64,000 nt of DNA from Flavobacteriaceae bacterium (GCA_965655885.1 CBFHIG010000001.1:31552-95551), one strand, 5' to 3'; shown: positions 19,761-30,977, counted from the first letter of the stretch. Translations and numbers: made by a program. The notes: generated by a model from the letters alone, not told the origin.

Positions 19761-20018
19761 AATCAAACATTAACAAGTTACTCATCAATAAATTATAATT
19801 GAATTATAGTATCAATTTTTAACGTCAATTATTTTTTTATTAAAAAATAATTACTAAAATCTTTCCCCGATCGCATTTCTACATAATTAGTAGCATTTCG
19901 ATTAATTGAAAACTTTTTAAAAAATAGTAATCGTACAGTATGAACCTCTCCCAAAAATTTAGCAATTAAAAAAATTGTTTTAAATTTTAAAAAAAATAGC
20001 ATTTAAAAACCACTAACA

Positions 20019-20243
20019 ATGAAAAAAAAGATTGAAAAAGAAAAATTAACAACTATCTTGTCTGACGAAAAGGTATTTAGAAAAGTTATTATCGAACAAA
20101 ATAATATTATTGTTGAGTTACTCACTCAAATCGCTATGTCCCAACGAAATTCATTAGCAGACGGTTTTGTGGTTAGTATGAAAAGTAAATATTTAAAAAC
20201 GATGGAAACATTAGCAAATGAAGCAATTGAAGAAACCACATAG
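20019..20243 (+). CDS. Hypothetical protein (74 aa)
   Basis: ORF track; plausible A-rich start and helical composition. Confidence 0.6.
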   Translation: MKKKIEKEKLTTILSDEKVFRKVIIEQNNIIVELLTQIAMSQRNSLADGFVVSMKSKYLKTMETLANEAIEETT

Positions 20244-20283
20244 GTAGAAAAATTCCTGTTTAGCCTTAACATAGATTTAAAAA

Positions 20284-20583
20284 CTATTTATCCGGCAACA
20301 ATTCTTTAATAACTACATTAATCATTGCTGCTAATTCAAAATCTTTATCGGTTACCCCACCTGCATCATGCGTAGTAAGACTAATATTTAAAACATTATA
20401 AACATTAGACCAATTGGGATGATGATTTATTTTTTCTGCCATCAAAGCTATTTGTTTCATCACAAAAAAAGTATCTTTGAAATCGTTGAATTTATAGCTA
20501 GTTTGGATTGCTTTATTTTGGTAGGTCCAATTAGGGATCTTTTTAATTTTTTTAGATATTTCAATTTCTGTTAGTTTTTTCAA
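20284..20583 (-). CDS. phhB: Pterin-4-alpha-carbinolamine dehydratase
   Basis: AEKINHHPNW and LTTHDAGGVTDKD motifs. Confidence 0.93.
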   Translation of the reverse strand: MKKLTEIEISKKIKKIPNWTYQNKAIQTSYKFNDFKDTFFVMKQIALMAEKINHHPNWSNVYNVLNISLTTHDAGGVTDKDFELAAMINVVIKELLPDK

Positions 20584-20635
20584 AATAGATAAATTTTTTA
20601 TATAAATATAACATTAACATTACAACTCTTCCCCC

Positions 20636-21424
20636 ATGAAAAACTATATTTTTGCGCTTTTTTTTATTTTATTTACCTACAATCTTCAATCCCAAGTTCT
20701 TATTGCATTGCTACTAGGCGATAAACTAAATAGTGGAAAAATTGAATTTGGATTGGATGGTGGTTTAAATTATTCATCTATTTCGAGTTTAGAAACCGAT
20801 AATTTTAAACGTGATTTTAATTTAGGTTTTTATTTTGATATCAAATTAAAAGACCATTGGTATTTTAATACAGGAGTGTTAGTGAAATCATCCCTTGGTG
20901 TTGATCAATTAACCACTGCAGATGTAGCTCAGTTAGGGGGAGATTTTTCATACTTGGTGAATGCTGACAACGGTGAATTTACTCAAAAAATTAGTTATTT
21001 TTTGGTTCCAACTTTAGCAAAATACCGGTTTGAAAATCAGTTTTATCTTGAAGGAGGTCCTCAATTTGGGGTGATGTATAAAGCATTTATTGAATACAAT
21101 TATGATATTGACGGAAATTCAGCACGAATTAGAGAGGACAACAAAGATTTTGTAAATCGTATGGAAGTCGGAGCCGTAGCTGGTATGGGTTATCGATTAT
21201 TAAAAGGTTTAGGATGGACTATTGGGCTAAGATATCATTATGGGTTTACCAATGTTTATAAAAATAATTCCAATGCTAAAAACAGTTCGTTATTCTTAAA
21301 AGTTAATATTCCTATTGGAGTTTCAGAAGACAAAAAAGACGCAATTGATAAGATCAAAGATGCTAACAGGAAAAAGAAAATGGAAAAGAAAGAAGCGCGT
21401 AAATCAAAAAAAAATACTCATTAA
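20636..21424 (+). CDS. Porin-family / OMP beta-barrel protein (PorT-like)
   Basis: Signal peptide, FGLDGGLNYS, EGGPQFG and RYHYGFTNV strands; Lys-rich tail. Confidence 0.78.
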   Translation: MKNYIFALFFILFTYNLQSQVLIALLLGDKLNSGKIEFGLDGGLNYSSISSLETDNFKRDFNLGFYFDIKLKDHWYFNTGVLVKSSLGVDQLTTADVAQLGGDFSYLVNADNGEFTQKISYFLVPTLAKYRFENQFYLEGGPQFGVMYKAFIEYNYDIDGNSARIREDNKDFVNRMEVGAVAGMGYRLLKGLGWTIGLRYHYGFTNVYKNNSNAKNSSLFLKVNIPIGVSEDKKDAIDKIKDANRKKKMEKKEARKSKKNTH

Positions 21425-21499
21425 ATCACAATTTATAAAAAAAAGCTACTTATCATAAATTGATTTTTACGTAATGTTTAATGTTTTTATACTCAATTA

Positions 21500-22570
21500 T
21501 TGAATCTAAAATGTAGCATATTTATTTTTCTAATTCCAGTATTTATATTTTCTCAAGAGAATTTAATACTCGAGGATAGTATACCTAATAATTCTAAATT
21601 TATAGAAGACTATTCCAATCAATTAAATATCAAATTTGATGTGACTAACGACAGAGTTAGTTATTTTATTCCTTTCGAAACAAGTCAGGCTGAAATTAGA
21701 TCTAACTTAAATATTAGTTATGGTTTGGTATTTAGTTATAAATTTCTTTCGGTGAGGTTAGGAATGAGACCAAAATTATCAGAAAATGAACTTAAAAATA
21801 AAGGAAAAACAGATCGTTTTAGGCTTCGTGTTAAGTTTTTATTTGATAATTGGACGCATCGTTTGGAATATAATTATACCCGTGGATTTTATATTGAAAA
21901 CACAAGTGAATTTGAAAATGATATAAAAAATTCAAATTTTAAAGTTCAATTTCCTTATTTAAGAACTAATATCCTCTCTGGTTCCAGCAACTATAAGTTC
22001 AATGGAAATTATTCTATGAAAGCTTTAGAATCGAATACAGAAATCCAATTAAAAAGTACAGGGACTTTTTTAGCTGGTTTTAATTATGCATTTTACTTTG
22101 TGAATGGAACGGATAGAATAAAATTAGAAAATCAAGAACTACTTCAAAGAACTTCCTACAACGATTTTTCGGGGTTTAGTCCTGTTTTTTACATAGGATA
22201 CCACTATACATTCGTTTTTCACAATTATTGGTATTTAAATGTATATTTAGATCCAGGTATTGGTTTCGATTTTTATCAAAACAAATTTAACAATCAGGGA
22301 GAAAGCTACGATAACCTAAATACAAATGTTTTTTTTCAAGTTAAATCTGGCTTTTCTGCAGGGTATAACGGACGTAAAATTTATTTTGGCGGAACTTTTA
22401 AATACAATTATAATTCTGACAAAGTAGAAAATAATACCTTGGGATTACAACCTATAAAAAATAGTTTTCATTTATTTTTTGGCTATCGATTTAAAGCGCC
22501 TAAACAAGTTACTAAGCCTATTAAATATATTGAAGAAAAAGTGCCAGTATTAAAACAAAACAATATTTAA
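21500..22570 (+). CDS. DUF4421-like outer-membrane protein
   Basis: Signal peptide, aromatic beta-strands, QLKSTGTF, GYNG and FFGYRFKAP. Confidence 0.72.
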   Translation: MNLKCSIFIFLIPVFIFSQENLILEDSIPNNSKFIEDYSNQLNIKFDVTNDRVSYFIPFETSQAEIRSNLNISYGLVFSYKFLSVRLGMRPKLSENELKNKGKTDRFRLRVKFLFDNWTHRLEYNYTRGFYIENTSEFENDIKNSNFKVQFPYLRTNILSGSSNYKFNGNYSMKALESNTEIQLKSTGTFLAGFNYAFYFVNGTDRIKLENQELLQRTSYNDFSGFSPVFYIGYHYTFVFHNYWYLNVYLDPGIGFDFYQNKFNNQGESYDNLNTNVFFQVKSGFSAGYNGRKIYFGGTFKYNYNSDKVENNTLGLQPIKNSFHLFFGYRFKAPKQVTKPIKYIEEKVPVLKQNNI

Positions 22571-22607
22571 TTTTAGGCTAAAAATTCAAAAAAACATAGA
22601 AAATTTA

Positions 22608-24647
22608 CTATTGGGGGTATTCTACTCTTAGATGGTACATATTATTAAGTTTCTTTTTTAAAACTTTTTTAATTTTTTGAATTTCTTTCAGCGTGATATT
22701 GGCATTTAAAAACTGGCCTTGATTTAACTGATTGTCAACAATATTTTCTACAAAAGAATCTAATTTAGACGACGTAGGTTCTTTCAAACTTTTACTAGCA
22801 GCCTCAACACTATCTGCCATCATTAGTATAGCTGTTTCTCTTGAAAAAGGAGTTGGACCTGGATATGAAAAATCTGCCTTATTAACCTCTCCTATTTTCT
22901 CTGACTCTTTATTATAAAAATAATACACTAAGCTTGTTCCATGATGTGTTCTAATAAAATCAATGATTCTATCAGGTATGTTATTTTTTTTAGCAATTTC
23001 AATACCATTAATTACATGATCAATAATAATTTCTGCGCTTTCCTTGGGGTCCAAATCATCATGTGAGTTAACTGAAGAAATTTGATTTTCAGTAAAGTAA
23101 GTAGGTTGCACCATTTTACCAATATCATGATATAGTGCTCCTACACGAGTTAACATAGCGTTAGCACCAATTTCATTGGCTGCTGCTTCAGCTAAATTAG
23201 CAACATTTAGCGAATGATGAAATGTTCCTGGTGCTTTATTAGAGAGTTCTTTTAGTAATTTTGAGTTAGTATCACTTAATTCTAGTAAAGAAACGTCGGA
23301 TACCAAACCAAACATCTTCTCATAGATATATATTAAAGGGAAAGAAAATAAGGTTAATAGTCCACAGAGGATAAAATACATAAAATAATCCCATTGGATC
23401 AATTCTACATTTCCTTCTTGAATAATAAAAAAGGCAAAGTAACCAAGTATATACACAAAGGTTATCTGACCTACCGATATAAATAAATTTGCTCTCTTGT
23501 ATAATTCGGATACTGTCAAAATAGTAACCATTCCAGCTATTGTTTGTAAAAACAAAAACTCAAAACTACTAGGAACAGTAAATCCTAATAATAAAATAGT
23601 GAGTACGTGTACAAACAAACCCAATCTTGCATCAAAAAAAGCTTTAAGAATCAAGGGTAGAATACATAGAGGAGTTATATAAACTAATTTAGCATCGTAT
23701 TTAACTACCAAAGAAGTAACGAATATCATTAAAACAACATTAAATAAAATAAATGTCATTTTATTATTGTCTTTAAAAATTTCTTTTCTGTAGTTTTTCA
23801 TAAATAAAAATAACATCAAGAAAACAAGTGAAATTAAAAGCGAATATCCTAATAATAACCAATTGTAATTAGATTTACTCCATACTTGTGACTGAAAAAC
23901 TGCTTTGTAAGAATTTAATATTTGAAATTTATTTCCTTCAACAACCTCCCCTTTTGCTATAATTCTACTTCCTTTATCTATTACCCCCCGGTTTGGATTA
24001 ATTTTTTCTATTCTAGATAAAATGATAGATTCTGTTAATTTACTATCTAAACTCACATTAGAAATTACGGCGTTTAAAAGTAGCTCTTGTAAAAAAGGAG
24101 ATGGCTTCTCATTAATTCCATCAATCATTGTGCTAATTATATTATTTAAATCACCAAAATAAATTAATTGATTATATGCTATTTCCTGTAGTTCGTTTCC
24201 CTTTTTTAAATAAATTATTTTTTCTGGAGGGAAAGAATATTTTTCGTTTGTTATTCCGTAAGTATACAATTCATCAATAATTGAAACGCCTATTAAAGAA
24301 TTATTGGCATTTACAGAACCAATAATTGAATCATTTTTTTTCAAATAGGATAAAAACAACGATTTAGAAGTAGCTTTTTTTGATATGTCGACTTCAAAAT
24401 AAGGTGTGTTATCCTCAATAATCATTTTTTTCTCTTCTTCAATGGATGCATCACTTTTTTTGATGGTAAAAGAAAATGGCGCATACAGATTCTCATATTG
24501 CCAGGGTTTACCTTTCTGAAAATTATATTTGAATTGCCCTCCCTTTGGCAGTAAATACATGATTAAACCAGTCGAGAGTACAAATAATAATACCTTATAT
24601 ATAAAAGATTGATTTTTTGTAAAAGAAGTAAAATAGTTTTTCATCAA
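22608..24647 (-). CDS. 7TM-HD (HDIG) phosphohydrolase, PgpH-like
   Basis: Extracellular domain + 7TM + APGTFHHS, YHDIGK, THHGT and MADSVEAA. Confidence 0.92.
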   Translation of the reverse strand: MMKNYFTSFTKNQSFIYKVLLFVLSTGLIMYLLPKGGQFKYNFQKGKPWQYENLYAPFSFTIKKSDASIEEEKKMIIEDNTPYFEVDISKKATSKSLFLSYLKKNDSIIGSVNANNSLIGVSIIDELYTYGITNEKYSFPPEKIIYLKKGNELQEIAYNQLIYFGDLNNIISTMIDGINEKPSPFLQELLLNAVISNVSLDSKLTESIILSRIEKINPNRGVIDKGSRIIAKGEVVEGNKFQILNSYKAVFQSQVWSKSNYNWLLLGYSLLISLVFLMLFLFMKNYRKEIFKDNNKMTFILFNVVLMIFVTSLVVKYDAKLVYITPLCILPLILKAFFDARLGLFVHVLTILLLGFTVPSSFEFLFLQTIAGMVTILTVSELYKRANLFISVGQITFVYILGYFAFFIIQEGNVELIQWDYFMYFILCGLLTLFSFPLIYIYEKMFGLVSDVSLLELSDTNSKLLKELSNKAPGTFHHSLNVANLAEAAANEIGANAMLTRVGALYHDIGKMVQPTYFTENQISSVNSHDDLDPKESAEIIIDHVINGIEIAKKNNIPDRIIDFIRTHHGTSLVYYFYNKESEKIGEVNKADFSYPGPTPFSRETAILMMADSVEAASKSLKEPTSSKLDSFVENIVDNQLNQGQFLNANITLKEIQKIKKVLKKKLNNMYHLRVEYPQ

Positions 24648-24778
24648 TATCTATTTCCTGATAGTTGGTATAAATATCGTTTGTTTATTTACAATTACAT
24701 AATTATCTAGAAAGATTTTTTAATATTAAATGCTTAAATTTGCACTCAATAAAATCAAGTCTAAAAACTCTTATTTAA

Positions 24779-25957
24779 ATGAATAAAAAAGTTGTTGTAG
24801 TGAGTGCAATAAGAACTCCCATAGGGAGTTTTATGGGAAGTCTGTCATCTTTATCAGCTTCTAAATTAGGTGCTATAGCTATTAAAGGCGCTATGGAAAA
24901 AATAAATTTAGATCCTTCCTTAATTGATGAAGTTTATATGGGAAATGTTGTTCAAGCTGGAGTTGGACAGGCTCCTGCAAGACAAGCTGCTATTGCTGCT
25001 GGTATTTCTGATTCAGTTCCTTGTACTACTGTAAATAAAGTTTGTGCTTCTGGAATGAAAGCTGTCATAAATGCTGCTCAAGCTATTGCGTTGGGAGATG
25101 CTCAAATTGTAATTGCTGGAGGTATGGAGAGTATGAGTAATATTCCGCATTACCTTCATCTAAGAAATGGACACAAGTTTGGATCAAAAGAAATGGAAGA
25201 TGGCATGCAAAAAGATGGATTGGTTGATTCTTTTGATCAAGAAGCAATGGGAGTTTTAGCAGATTTATGTGCCTCTGAATATCAAATAACACGTGAAGAA
25301 CAAGACAATTTTGCTATAGAATCCTACACTAGATCACTTAAAGCCTGGAAAGAAGGAAAGTTTAGTGAAGAAGTGATACCTGTTGAAATTCCGCAACGAA
25401 AAGGAGCACCTATTATATTTAATGAAGATGAAGAATATAAAAATGTGCGTATGGAAAAAATTCCAAACCTACGCGCAGTCTTCACTAAAGAAGGTACTGT
25501 AACTGCAGCTAACGCGTCTACTATTAATGATGGTGCTGGAGCTATGATTTTGATGAGTGAGGAAAAAGCCTTAGAACTAGGTTTAACACCCTTAGCAACT
25601 ATAAGAAGTTATGCTGATGCAGCTCAAGATCCAAAAAGGTTTACTACTTCGCCAGCAAAAGCTTTACCCATCGCATTAGAAAAAGCAGCTTTAAAAATTG
25701 ATGACATCGATTATTTTGAATTGAATGAAGCATTTGCTGTAGTAGGGCTTGCAAACATGAAGCTTTTGGGAGTGAACAATTCGATTGTAAATGTTAATGG
25801 CGGTGCAGTATCCCTAGGCCACCCCTTAGGTTGTAGTGGCGTTAGAATATTAATTACTTTAATTAATGTTTTAAAACAGAATAACTCCAAACTTGGTGCA
25901 GCTGCTATTTGTAACGGTGGTGGTGGAGCTTCAGCGATGATATTAGAAAGAAATTAA
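24779..25957 (+). CDS. Acetyl-CoA C-acetyltransferase (thiolase)
   Basis: NKVCASG, NEAF, GHPLGCSG and ICNGGG motifs; TAAATTTG promoter element at 24735. Confidence 0.96.
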   Translation: MNKKVVVVSAIRTPIGSFMGSLSSLSASKLGAIAIKGAMEKINLDPSLIDEVYMGNVVQAGVGQAPARQAAIAAGISDSVPCTTVNKVCASGMKAVINAAQAIALGDAQIVIAGGMESMSNIPHYLHLRNGHKFGSKEMEDGMQKDGLVDSFDQEAMGVLADLCASEYQITREEQDNFAIESYTRSLKAWKEGKFSEEVIPVEIPQRKGAPIIFNEDEEYKNVRMEKIPNLRAVFTKEGTVTAANASTINDGAGAMILMSEEKALELGLTPLATIRSYADAAQDPKRFTTSPAKALPIALEKAALKIDDIDYFELNEAFAVVGLANMKLLGVNNSIVNVNGGAVSLGHPLGCSGVRILITLINVLKQNNSKLGAAAICNGGGGASAMILERN

Positions 25958-25974
25958 TTTCACATCTATAATTA

Positions 25975-26724
25975 ATGAATTACGGACTCTGTAACCTAAA
26001 TATTGTTCCATTACGAATAGAAGATTCTGATTGTAGTGAGATGGTTTCACAAGTACTCTATGGTGATTTATTTGAGGTTCTTGAACTCTCCGAAAAGTGG
26101 TGTAAAGTTCGTTTGGTTGACGATCAATACGAAGGTTGGATCGACAGCAAACAATATAAAAAAATTTCGCCCTCTGAATTTCAAGAATTGAGTCAAAAAC
26201 CTCCAATGCTTACGACTCATTTATTAGATATTATAACTACAGCAACCAATACGCTTTTACCTATTAGTATTGGTAGTAACACTGCAATTTCAAAATTTTT
26301 AAATCATTCTTTTGAGGGCTCAACTACTGCAAAAAAACTAAACAAATCGAACCTTATAGAATTTGCGCAAATGTATTTAAATAGCCCCTATTTGTGGGGA
26401 GGAAAAACACCTTTTGGGATTGATTGCAGTGGTTTTACACAAATGGTTTACAAACTGTGTGGATATCAATTGCTAAGGGATGCAAGTCAGCAAGTAACTC
26501 AAGGAGAAGTTTTAAGTTTTATAGAAGAAAGTGAAGCTGGTGATTTAGCTTTTTTTGATAATGAAGAAGGAAAAATTGTACATGTTGGGATTTTATTAGA
26601 CCACAATCATATTATTCACTCTCACGGAAAGGTGCGAATAGATCAATTAGATCATTCTGGAATTTTTAATATCGAAAAACAAAAACATACTCATAAACTT
26701 AGAGTCATCAAACGAATGATATAA
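25975..26724 (+). CDS. NlpC/P60 (C40) peptidase with SH3 domain
   Basis: PYLWGG, GIDCSG and HVG catalytic motifs. Confidence 0.93.
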   Translation: MNYGLCNLNIVPLRIEDSDCSEMVSQVLYGDLFEVLELSEKWCKVRLVDDQYEGWIDSKQYKKISPSEFQELSQKPPMLTTHLLDIITTATNTLLPISIGSNTAISKFLNHSFEGSTTAKKLNKSNLIEFAQMYLNSPYLWGGKTPFGIDCSGFTQMVYKLCGYQLLRDASQQVTQGEVLSFIEESEAGDLAFFDNEEGKIVHVGILLDHNHIIHSHGKVRIDQLDHSGIFNIEKQKHTHKLRVIKRMI

Positions 26725-26757
26725 AAAAAGCTTCTATTTGTTATAGAAGCTTTTTTT
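26723..26757. terminator. Bidirectional terminator
   Basis: AAAAAAAGCTTCTAT-ttgtt-ATAGAAGCTTTTTTT between convergent genes. Confidence 0.85.
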
Positions 26758-26777
26758 ACTAAAAATAAATATTGAGT

Positions 26778-28034
26778 TTAGTTTTGATCTAATATAAGAC
26801 CCATTTCCTTTTCTTTTGCATCCATACTTAAAAGACCATAGATTCCTTTTAGAGTTCTGACAATATCCATTGAATCTGGGCGTAGTCTTGAGGCAGATTC
26901 TAAATATGGTAATGCATCACTATATAATTTATTCTTTTCTTCTTTTAGAACATCATAACGATCATAATCAGCATTAGAAGTCCCAAGACTATTCATTTCA
27001 TCAATAATTGTTCTTTCACCATCAAGTATTAATTGAGCTTTATTAATTAAAGCTTCCGCATAGTCGGGATTGAGTTCAATTGCCTTAGAATAGTATTCCA
27101 TAGCTTCCTCTTTTTCACCATTCCTTGCGCTTGCAACACCTAAATTATAATATAAATCAGGGTTATTTGGATCACTTTTGATAAGTTCATTGATAATTTT
27201 TTTATAGTTTGTCATATCACCACTGGTGTAATATAACTCTGCTTCTGCATACATTAAGTTTTTATCGTCAGGAGATGCTGCTCTAGCTTTCTTCATTAAC
27301 TCGGTAGCTTTTTCTTTTTCTCCTTTATCTAAATATATAAAGGTCATATTTTTTAAAATAGTTCCTTTTTTGGATTTTGTAAATTTACTTCTAGGAATTA
27401 CATACTCACCCTTTTTTATCATTAGGTCTCTTTCGACTTTTGAAGAAAACTTTGTTTCTTCCTTAGTGCCTTTTTTAGTGGCATAAAACTCTTCCGCAAT
27501 TCCAGTATAACCAATTTCCATAAGTTCCTCATAACGTTTTATAGCTAAATCGTAGTCTTTTCCGTCTGTAGCTAAAGAAGCTGCATAATATAAAAATATG
27601 GTATCATTTTTTCTCAAGGTATAACCTCGATAGATTTTTTTAGAACCTTCGATATACGCTTGATTCTTTTGGTCTAACTGAGCACTATTAATAAGAGCAA
27701 TTCCTACCTCTTCTAAACCTATGTTTGCATCAGCTGCATATTTACTATTTTTATTGAGGGACAATACGTTTTCAAAAGAATTTGCTGCTGTATTTAATTT
27801 TTCAAAATCGTTATCAGCAGCCCCTAAATAGGCTTGTCCAAGTATTAAACTGTACTGTTCTTTGATTACAGAATCGGCTTTATCTACCAAACTCTCAATG
27901 GAAGCTAATATGTTGATTGCCTCAGTAAAATTTCCTGATTTGATTGATTTTTGAGCAGTTTTAATTTCTTTTTTCTGAGCAAATGTAATCGCAGAAACTA
28001 GTAATAAACCTATTACTATAAATTGTTTTTTCAT
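26778..28034 (-). CDS. Exported tetratricopeptide repeat protein
   Basis: Signal peptide; TPR motifs (YYNLGV...AMEYYSKAIELNPDY). Confidence 0.88.
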   Translation of the reverse strand: MKKQFIVIGLLLVSAITFAQKKEIKTAQKSIKSGNFTEAINILASIESLVDKADSVIKEQYSLILGQAYLGAADNDFEKLNTAANSFENVLSLNKNSKYAADANIGLEEVGIALINSAQLDQKNQAYIEGSKKIYRGYTLRKNDTIFLYYAASLATDGKDYDLAIKRYEELMEIGYTGIAEEFYATKKGTKEETKFSSKVERDLMIKKGEYVIPRSKFTKSKKGTILKNMTFIYLDKGEKEKATELMKKARAASPDDKNLMYAEAELYYTSGDMTNYKKIINELIKSDPNNPDLYYNLGVASARNGEKEEAMEYYSKAIELNPDYAEALINKAQLILDGERTIIDEMNSLGTSNADYDRYDVLKEEKNKLYSDALPYLESASRLRPDSMDIVRTLKGIYGLLSMDAKEKEMGLILDQN

Positions 28035-28056
28035 TGTTATTTTGTTTTTTTATTCT

Positions 28057-30591
28057 TTATTCTTCTTCTTTGGTTATATCAGAATCGTTAATTTCATTAG
28101 GGTTATTTTCTTGGACGATTACATTACCATCTTCATCGATTTCTATATCATCATCATCGGACATAACTTTTGCTACTGCTGCTATGGCATCTCCATCTCT
28201 AACTTTAATTAAACGCACCCCTTGGGTAGCTCTTCCCATTACTCTTAAATTATCAACCTCTAAACGAATAGCAATTCCTGATTTATTTATAATCATTAAA
28301 TCATCACTATCAGTTACATTTTTTATAGCTACTAAAGAGCCCGTTTTTTCTGTAACACTTATAGTTTTTACTCCTTTTCCACCTCGATTGGTAATTCTGT
28401 AATCTTCTAAACTTGATCTTTTTCCATACCCATTTTGTGAAACCACCAGCACATCAGACTCAGATTCATTGATAGTAATCATACCGATAACTTCATCATT
28501 ATCACTATTCAGTCGAATACCCCTAACACCTGAGGCATTTCTACCCATAGATCTAGTTTTTTCTTCTTCAAAACGAATCGCTTTACCAGACTTAACAGCT
28601 AACATAACCTGGCTATCACCTGTGGTTAATTTAGCTTCTAACAACTCATCGCCATCTTTGATAGTGATAGCATTAATTCCATTAGTTCTCGGGCGCGAGT
28701 ATTGCTCTAGGGAAGTCTTCTTTACCTGACCATTTTTGGTAGCCATAATTACATAATGACTATTAATATATTCTTCATCTTTTAGATCTTGTGTACAGAT
28801 AAAAGCTTTTACTTTATCGTCTTGACCAATATTAATCAAGTTTTGAATAGCTCTACCTTTTGATGTTCTCGTTCCTTCGGGAATCTCGAATACACGCATC
28901 CAAAAGCATTTACCAGTTTGGGTAAAAAACAACATGTATTGATGGTTGGTACCAACAAATAAATGTTCTAAAAAGTCTTCATTTCGAGTAGACGAAGCTT
29001 TTGCTCCCACTCCTCCTCGATTTTGTTTTTTGTATTCAGTTAAAGAGGTACGTTTTATGTAACCTGCATGCGAAATAGTAATTACTACTTTTTCATCTGG
29101 TATAAGGTCGGTAATACTAACATCACCACCAGCGTACTCAATTATTGATCGGCGCTCGTCTCCGTATTTACTTCTAATTTCATTAAGCTCGTCTTTGATA
29201 ATGGACATTCTTAATTCCTTACTAGCTAGAATGTCTTTATAACCTTGAATGGTTTTCATTAACTCGTCGTATTCACTACGTAATTTATCTTGTTCAAGAC
29301 CCGTTAATTGTCGAAGTCTCATTTCTACAATTGCTTTAGCTTGAATTTCAGTGAGTTTAAAAGCTTCAATAAGTCGCTCTCTTGCCTCGTCAGCATTTTT
29401 AGATGAACGTATCAAACGTATGACTTCATCAATATTATCAGAGGCAATTATTAAACCTTCTAAAATATGAGCACGTTCTTCTGCTTTATTTAAGAGATAT
29501 TTGGTTCGTCTAACTACAACTTCATGTCGATGTTCGACAAAATAATGGATTAACTCTTTTAAGTTAAGTAATCGGGGACGTCCGTTAACCAGACATATGT
29601 TGTTAACACTAAAGCTAGATTGTAGCGCAGTGTATTTATATAACATATTTAAAACGATATTAGGAATAGCATCTCTTTTTAATATGTATACGATCCGCAT
29701 TCCCTTTCTATCAGATTCGTCTCGAATATTTGAAATTCCCTCAATTTTCTTTTCGTTCACTAAATCGGCAGTCTTTTTGATCATGTCTGCCTTATTAACT
29801 TGATAAGGGATTTCAGAAACTATAATACATTCTCTACCATTAACTTCTTCAAACGAAGCTTTTGCTCGCATGACTATTTTACCTCTTCCAGTATGAAAAG
29901 CATCTTTAACACCCTCATATCCATATATAACTCCACCAGTTGGAAAATCTGGAGCTTTAACATGCTGCATTAATCCATCTATATCAATTTCGTTGTCATC
30001 GATGTAAGCCATCGTACCGTCTATTACTTCTGTTAGATTGTGAGGTGGCATATTGGTAGCCATCCCAACCGCAATACCAGAAGCACCGTTAATAAGTAAG
30101 CCTGGAATACGAGTTGGTAAAACAGTAGGTTCTTTAAGGGTATCATCAAAGTTTAATTGATGATCAACAGTATCTTTATCAATATCAGCAAGCATATCCT
30201 CAGAAATCTTTTGCATTCGAGCCTCTGTATAACGCATTGCAGCGGGACTATCCCCATCAATTGAACCAAAGTTTCCTTGTCCATCGACCAGCATGTAACG
30301 CAAACTCCATTCTTGAGCCATTCGAACCATGGCATCATAAACAGAAGTATCTCCATGGGGATGATATTTACCTAAAACTTCACCAACAATTCTTGCAGAT
30401 TTTTTGTGAGCACCTGTTGCTCTTATTCCTAATTCGTGCATGCCAAAAAGAACACGCCTGTGCACCGGTTTCATTCCATCTCTAACGTCTGGTAAAGCAC
30501 GTGACACAATAACTGACATTGAATAATCAATGTAAGCTGATTTCATTTCATCCTCAATATTGATGGGGATCAATTTTTCACCTTCAGCCAT
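28057..30591 (-). CDS. gyrA: DNA gyrase subunit A
   Basis: YHPHGD, AAMRYTE and GyrA-box QNRGGVG. Confidence 0.98.
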   Translation of the reverse strand: MAEGEKLIPINIEDEMKSAYIDYSMSVIVSRALPDVRDGMKPVHRRVLFGMHELGIRATGAHKKSARIVGEVLGKYHPHGDTSVYDAMVRMAQEWSLRYMLVDGQGNFGSIDGDSPAAMRYTEARMQKISEDMLADIDKDTVDHQLNFDDTLKEPTVLPTRIPGLLINGASGIAVGMATNMPPHNLTEVIDGTMAYIDDNEIDIDGLMQHVKAPDFPTGGVIYGYEGVKDAFHTGRGKIVMRAKASFEEVNGRECIIVSEIPYQVNKADMIKKTADLVNEKKIEGISNIRDESDRKGMRIVYILKRDAIPNIVLNMLYKYTALQSSFSVNNICLVNGRPRLLNLKELIHYFVEHRHEVVVRRTKYLLNKAEERAHILEGLIIASDNIDEVIRLIRSSKNADEARERLIEAFKLTEIQAKAIVEMRLRQLTGLEQDKLRSEYDELMKTIQGYKDILASKELRMSIIKDELNEIRSKYGDERRSIIEYAGGDVSITDLIPDEKVVITISHAGYIKRTSLTEYKKQNRGGVGAKASSTRNEDFLEHLFVGTNHQYMLFFTQTGKCFWMRVFEIPEGTRTSKGRAIQNLINIGQDDKVKAFICTQDLKDEEYINSHYVIMATKNGQVKKTSLEQYSRPRTNGINAITIKDGDELLEAKLTTGDSQVMLAVKSGKAIRFEEEKTRSMGRNASGVRGIRLNSDNDEVIGMITINESESDVLVVSQNGYGKRSSLEDYRITNRGGKGVKTISVTEKTGSLVAIKNVTDSDDLMIINKSGIAIRLEVDNLRVMGRATQGVRLIKVRDGDAIAAVAKVMSDDDDIEIDEDGNVIVQENNPNEINDSDITKEEE

Positions 30592-30969
30592 ATATATTTA
30601 TTTTTTTATTTTTAGTAGTAATTAGTAAAAAGCAAGATACATTAATTGCATATTTTTTAACATAAAAACAAGTCAAAAATTAACTATTTTATTAACAAAT
30701 AAATAGGTCTAAAACGTTAATAACTATCTATGTTATTATTTTGAAATTTGTAAGTTTTGTATTGTAAAACTGGGATTTTTTGAAAGTATAAAAACAATTA
30801 AAATAATTAAAAATAATCATGTTTTTTTTGTATTTTCATTAGGACTAAATTTTTGACATTTTTGTATAATTAAATAGGGTACGTTTATTGTTTTTTATGA
30901 ATTTATTTTATGGTTTAATAATTATTGATAAAAAATAGTTAAAGAGAATAAGTGGTTAAAAACAATCAT

Positions 30970-30977
30970 TATATTTG
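30970..30977 (+). promoter_or_regulatory. -7 promoter element for clpC
   Basis: TATATTTG about 97 nt upstream of ATG. Confidence 0.55.

Noticed and set aside
18027-22600. Intact prophage or integrative element at tRNA-Arg
   Set aside because: No integrase, structural genes or att repeat seen
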